From contig CAVOKF010000005.1 in assembly GCA_963696385.1 (NCBI GenBank), positions 672,001-736,000 of the forward strand: a stretch of DNA of 64,000 nt, given 5' to 3'. The DNA comes from an uncultured delta proteobacterium (GTDB lineage: Bacteria; Myxococcota_A; Polyangia; Polyangiales; Polyangiaceae). This document shows, one piece after another, positions 60,089 through 64,000 of this stretch (the stretch's first letter is position 1; each line of letters begins with the position of its first letter). The position numbers were made by a program, and so were the translations under genes. The notes under the pieces were generated by a model. That model ran no database searches and was not told the DNA's origin. It saw nothing but the letters and a program-made list of their open reading frames with translations.

Positions 60089-61651
60089 TTATGGACTGAG
60101 GGAATCGGCGAGTTGGTTCAGGTACACCTCGAGGTTCGTGTAGCCACTACAACCCCAGTAGAGGATCGCGTCGGCTGGGTCGTTCGGGTTCAGGCCGTTC
60201 GCGGTCTCCCATGCGTCGGGGATCCCGTCGCGGTCGGTATCCACGGGGGGCGTGCCGCCTGCGAGCGTGCCGTACCCGTTGTTCGGGAGGCCCGTAGCCG
60301 CTTGGGTAGTCCAGAGATGACCGCTCGTTCCGAGCGACGTCACGTCCGCGAGGACGAGGGTATCGACGTCGTCCCGGGGCAGCGCGCCCGAGTTGGCGAC
60401 GTCGTAGGCGTAACCTTCCGCCGCGCTCGCGCTATCGAACGAGCTCGTCGTGGGTGCGTAAGGGGCCGAGAGCGCGGTTATCCCGCCCGGGAGCGATATC
60501 GCCGACCCGTTCAAGGTTCCGCCCTTGGTCGTGTCGAGCATGTTGCCCACGAAATACATCGACTGGCTGCCCAGCTGAAAGAAAGCATCTCCGGAGTTGG
60601 TGGTGGACGGACCTACGATGAAATAGTTGTTCACGACGTCCTGCATGAATTTTCCGCCCGTGTCGCCGAGCGTGTAACCCGATTGGAAGTTGTAGACGAC
60701 GTTATTCACGTACTGCGTATCGCCCTTGGCGAGCGGGTTCCGGTTGTGCGCGTTGGCAAAGATGTTCTCAAACCAGGTGACGGGAGTGCTGTCGACGTGC
60801 GCGTTGAACTGCTGCCCGATCGGGTCGGCGAGGATGGATCGTTGAAATGTCACGTTCCCTCCACTGTTAATGTCGAGGTTGTCCCAATCGCTGAACTCTA
60901 CGGAGACGTGGTCGAAAATGAGGTTCATGTCCGAATCGGCCGCGATCCCGCTCTTGCCCGTATCCGGGTCGTCGGTCCCTTGGCGAACGCGGATGTTGCG
61001 CACGATCTCGTTGGACGAGTTGCTGAACGAGACCTCTCGCCCCTCGATCGCGATGCCGCCGCCCGGCGCCGTCTGGCCCGCGATGGTCAGGTTGGCGCTG
61101 CAGCTCAGAGCCGAGGTCAGGTTGATGATTCCTCCCACGTCGAAGACGATCGTGCGAGGCCCGGAGCTAACTGCGTCTCGAAGCGATCCGGTGGCGCCCG
61201 TGTCGTCGAGTGTGGTTACGTGGTAGGCGGCGCTCCCACGCCCGCCCGTGGCAGCGGCTCCAAAACCGACGGCGCCGGGAAAAGCGATCGGACTCCCGGG
61301 TGTGCAAGCATCCTTATCGGGGACGTTCGCATCTCCAAGGCTCGCCACGTCCGTTGCCCCTCCTGTGTCGACGGCGCTCGCCGCGTCACCGATACTCCCA
61401 GCGTCGCCGGCGGCGTCCCCGGCATCGGATGCGCCGCCTGCGTCATCGCCCCCAAGGCCGGAGCTGCCGTCGGGCGCGGCGTTCATGGCGGAATCGCCCG
61501 AGCTCTGTCCCGAGGCGTCGGACCCCCCTGAACCGTCGACCCCTCCGGACGCGTCCGACCCAAGGGAAACCGCCCCATGTGTCCCCGAGCTGCAGCGCAG
61601 GGTCGCCGCGAGCGACACGAAAAGCCATGCGGTGGAACGACGATGGTTCAT
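60089..61651 (-). CDS. Pectate lyase-like (PL1) secreted protein
   Basis: AFPGAVGFG..ATGGRG, GSLRDAV, IVFDVGG.I, TIAGQTAPG.GI, IFDHVS, RNP, DTDRDGIPDAWE. Confidence 0.9.
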   Translation of the reverse strand: MNHRRSTAWLFVSLAATLRCSSGTHGAVSLGSDASGGVDGSGGSDASGQSSGDSAMNAAPDGSSGLGGDDAGGASDAGDAAGDAGSIGDAASAVDTGGATDVASLGDANVPDKDACTPGSPIAFPGAVGFGAAATGGRGSAAYHVTTLDDTGATGSLRDAVSSGPRTIVFDVGGIINLTSALSCSANLTIAGQTAPGGGIAIEGREVSFSNSSNEIVRNIRVRQGTDDPDTGKSGIAADSDMNLIFDHVSVEFSDWDNLDINSGGNVTFQRSILADPIGQQFNAHVDSTPVTWFENIFANAHNRNPLAKGDTQYVNNVVYNFQSGYTLGDTGGKFMQDVVNNYFIVGPSTTNSGDAFFQLGSQSMYFVGNMLDTTKGGTLNGSAISLPGGITALSAPYAPTTSSFDSASAAEGYAYDVANSGALPRDDVDTLVLADVTSLGTSGHLWTTQAATGLPNNGYGTLAGGTPPVDTDRDGIPDAWETANGLNPNDPADAILYWGCSGYTNLEVYLNQLADSLSP

Positions 61652-62194
61652 ATTTGCCTACACGCGGAAGTTCTGTGTTAAACTTCTGGCGCCCTTAGAG
61701 ACAAGGAATGCCCCACGCCTCAAGGGTACTCAATGTATTTCCGCATTGCGCGTCTCTTCGTAGCCGCGCATCCCCGCTAGAGCTCATCGAGGCGTCGTTT
61801 CGACGCCTCAGCGCGCAGTGGCTAGCGTCGGAGGAGATATGGCTGCGAAGTGCCACGGTTCGGGTCCGGCGCGGGCTCGGCGCCGACGTTGGGTCGGGCT
61901 GCCAGCGCCGAGGAGAGCGTCGGCGTTGGAGTTCCCAATATCCCTCGTCGTCGAGCACAAGGCCGTGAGCCAGTAGGGAAGAGGGTTCCGGTTCATCCTG
62001 GCCGGGGACCCAGGTGGCCGGTCGTCGCCCCGTCGTGAACCTCTGGGTGACTCGGCTGTCCGACGAGCGCCAAGTGTTGGTCGAGCTCGCCTTTCGCTCG
62101 GTCGACGGTGCCAGCGACAAGATCGGTTGCGTGAGCGTGTAGTGGGAGCCTACGCCCCGTGGGTCTGTCGCCGTATCGCGCGCTCCTTCCGTCC

Positions 62195-62720
62195 TCGGTC
62201 ACCGGCCTGCGTCCGTCCACGCTGTACGCCCTACGACGCACGGGCGAAAATGCGGACGTGAAGTGGGACCAAGGGCTGCTCTTGGTTCGGCGTTCGCGCG
62301 ATGGAGATGGCCAAGACCAATCATGACCAGGTCATCAAGTTGCCTGACTTCGTGATGTCCGCTCTTCGCTGGAAGGTCGACAAGCAGCTCGTCACACGCG
62401 GGACATGGAGCGGAGCGAACTCCTATTTCCCGCGGAAACGGGCGGGTTCCGTCACAACTCGGCGCTCGCGAGCCCGTTCCGGTCGATCGGCCGGATGATG
62501 GGGCTTCGCAAGCAAATCTCGCCGAAAGCCATGCGACGCTCCTTCCAAGACACGATGCGGGAGGCGCTGGTCGCCGACGTGGGCAGCATCTCGGGCATCT
62601 GACCGAGCAGATGCAGCAGCACTATTCAACGGCGCGCGGACACGAGCAGCAGGCGGCCATCGCCCGCATCATCGACCTCACCCGTCTGACGCAGCGGATG
62701 GGCGGTAACGGGTCGCGATG
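62195..62720 (+). pseudogene. Tyrosine recombinase/integrase C-terminal remnant
   Basis: TGLRPS.L..L, KT, LLFP...GG, PKAMRRSF, SISG/TEQMQQHYS across frameshifts and stops. Confidence 0.8.
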
Positions 62721-62780
62721 GACAGCAAAGTGGGAGCCGAGTAGCGTATCAGCTAACTAGCTAAAATTGCTTGCTTTTTT

Positions 62781-62824
62781 GTAGGCGCGATAGGGTTTGA
62801 ACCTACGACCCCTACCGTGTCAAG
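62781..62824 (-). tRNA. 3' half of tRNA-Val(GAC); att-site fragment, not a complete tRNA
   Basis: CTTGACACGGTAGGGGTCGTAGGTTCAAACCCTATCGCGCCTAC gives anticodon loop, T-arm and 3' acceptor strand; D-arm and 5' stems absent. Confidence 0.88.
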
Positions 62825-63296
62825 AGAATCATCCGTTTCTGGTCGCTTCTGGGCGTGTCTTTTCAATGGGTTAGCGTTTCCCAGGCGTACTCGAGCATCC
62901 CCTTCGTTACGCCAAATGAGTGCTCTCGTGGGTGCTCCGAGGAGCTCCGCGGGGTGCTCCACTTGACCCACGCCGATGCAGCAGCGGGTCTTTCCGATTC
63001 GGCGCCTGCCCCGGTGGTCTTCCGAGCCCAAGTCGTCGTCCTCGGCGAGGCACGTCCTCCACCTAGCGCGACCACCATCGGTGGTCCCATGCTGGACCCG
63101 CTTAACCAAACATGACGCCGTGCGTTCGTCGCTTCTCGTCCGCGGAATCGCGGCGCGATGCCGTGTGTCGTGACATCGCGTGACCGGATGTCGCTCATCG
63201 CACGAACGCTTCGGGGTTCGGTCTGCTTTTCGGGTCCCCCGCAAAGTCGCATGTGTAAGCCATTGACTTACTCGTCCGCTGGCTTACGTTCGTCGA

Positions 63297-63587
63297 GTGC
63301 GGTTCGAATGGGACCGGAAGAAGGAGCGGCTCAACGTTGCGAAGCACGGCGTCACCTTCCGCGAGGCCAAGGAGCTGTTCACCTCCAAGGTCGATTTTCT
63401 CGAACTCTACGACGGCGATCACTCCCAGCTGGAGGAACGGTTCATCGCCATCGGTCCCATTCGTCGCGGGCTCGTTCTCGTCGTTTACACGGAGCGTAGT
63501 GAGGACACGGTGCGCATCATCAGCGCTCGTCGGGTCACCAAAGACGAGCGAGCCCTTTACGTCGAGTACATGGAGAAGCGGTCATGA
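63297..63587 (+). CDS. brnT: BrnT family toxin
   Basis: FEWD..KE.LN.AKHGVTF.EA, DHS..EERF.AIG, VVYTER...RIISAR. Confidence 0.93.
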   Translation: MRFEWDRKKERLNVAKHGVTFREAKELFTSKVDFLELYDGDHSQLEERFIAIGPIRRGLVLVVYTERSEDTVRIISARRVTKDERALYVEYMEKRS

Positions 63588-63871
63588 AAGGCATCCCTGA
63601 ACTCAGCCGATCCGATTTCGAGCGGACCCTTCGTCGCAGCCAACGTCAGCGCATCATTCGCGGAGAGCTTCAGCCGGGCGATGTGGCGGCGCTGCGTCGG
63701 TTCATTGGGCTGACGCAGGCACAGTTCGCCGAGGCGCTCGGCATTAGCGTGCACACGCTTCGCAACTGGGAGCAGGATCGCCGAAAGCCGGAGGGCGCTG
63801 CCCTCGCGCTCTTGCGGATTGCCGCGCGCCATCCAGGTGTTGTGCGTGAGAACGTACCGACTGCCGCATGA
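63584..63871 (+). CDS. XRE-family HTH antitoxin
   Basis: LTQAQFAEALGISVHTLRNWEQDRRKPEGAALALLRI; ATGA overlap with brnT. Confidence 0.9.
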   Translation: MKGIPELSRSDFERTLRRSQRQRIIRGELQPGDVAALRRFIGLTQAQFAEALGISVHTLRNWEQDRRKPEGAALALLRIAARHPGVVRENVPTAA

Positions 63872-64000
63872 AGCCGCGAGCCTGCCTGTCGTCAGCGTCA
63901 TCGCCGCCGCCACTTGTCTCGGTAGCTCGGCGGCTCCTCGATCGGTTTGACGGGCTCCGTGGCCCTCTTGGCGATGAAGATGCTCGCGTCGCCGTCCTTG

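Noticed and set aside
62781..62860. Functional tRNA-Val
   Set aside because: The 5' acceptor strand, D-arm and 5' anticodon stem are missing.

Overview
GC-rich accessory region. The PEGA proteins, eukaryotic-type Ser/Thr kinase, ECF sigma/anti-sigma triplet and Cys-rich lipoproteins suggest a Polyangiaceae-like myxobacterium (inference). The left half holds mostly intact genes: ABC-F ATPase, GST, ECF module, PolX, BMP-type ABC importer, rifamycin phosphotransferase rph, ackA-pta, phosphoesterase and pgi. These are interleaved with many fused gene fragments (modA, PEGA/SUMF1, PGM-tal, gnd-zwf). The right half is a decaying island with an orphan vgrG-DUF4280 pair, five toxin-antitoxin-like modules, IS66/IS21/IS4/rve remnants (one IS4 nested in an IS21 end with a 10-bp target duplication), a dead tyrosine integrase and a tRNA-Val(GAC) 3' fragment that looks like an att site. 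The best leads are: (1) an aegerolysin-like/GH73-like fusion with a coupled lipoprotein, next to a LysM-TTR-PG-binding gene; (2) an RAE-like 19-mer upstream of rph in a non-actinobacterium; (3) a GAF sigma54 activator divergent from a sigma54-promoted small Cys protein; (4) two zwf fragments about 21 kb apart. Several single-base frameshifts fall in G/C runs and may be sequencing errors. All family calls come from motif recognition by eye, not database searches.
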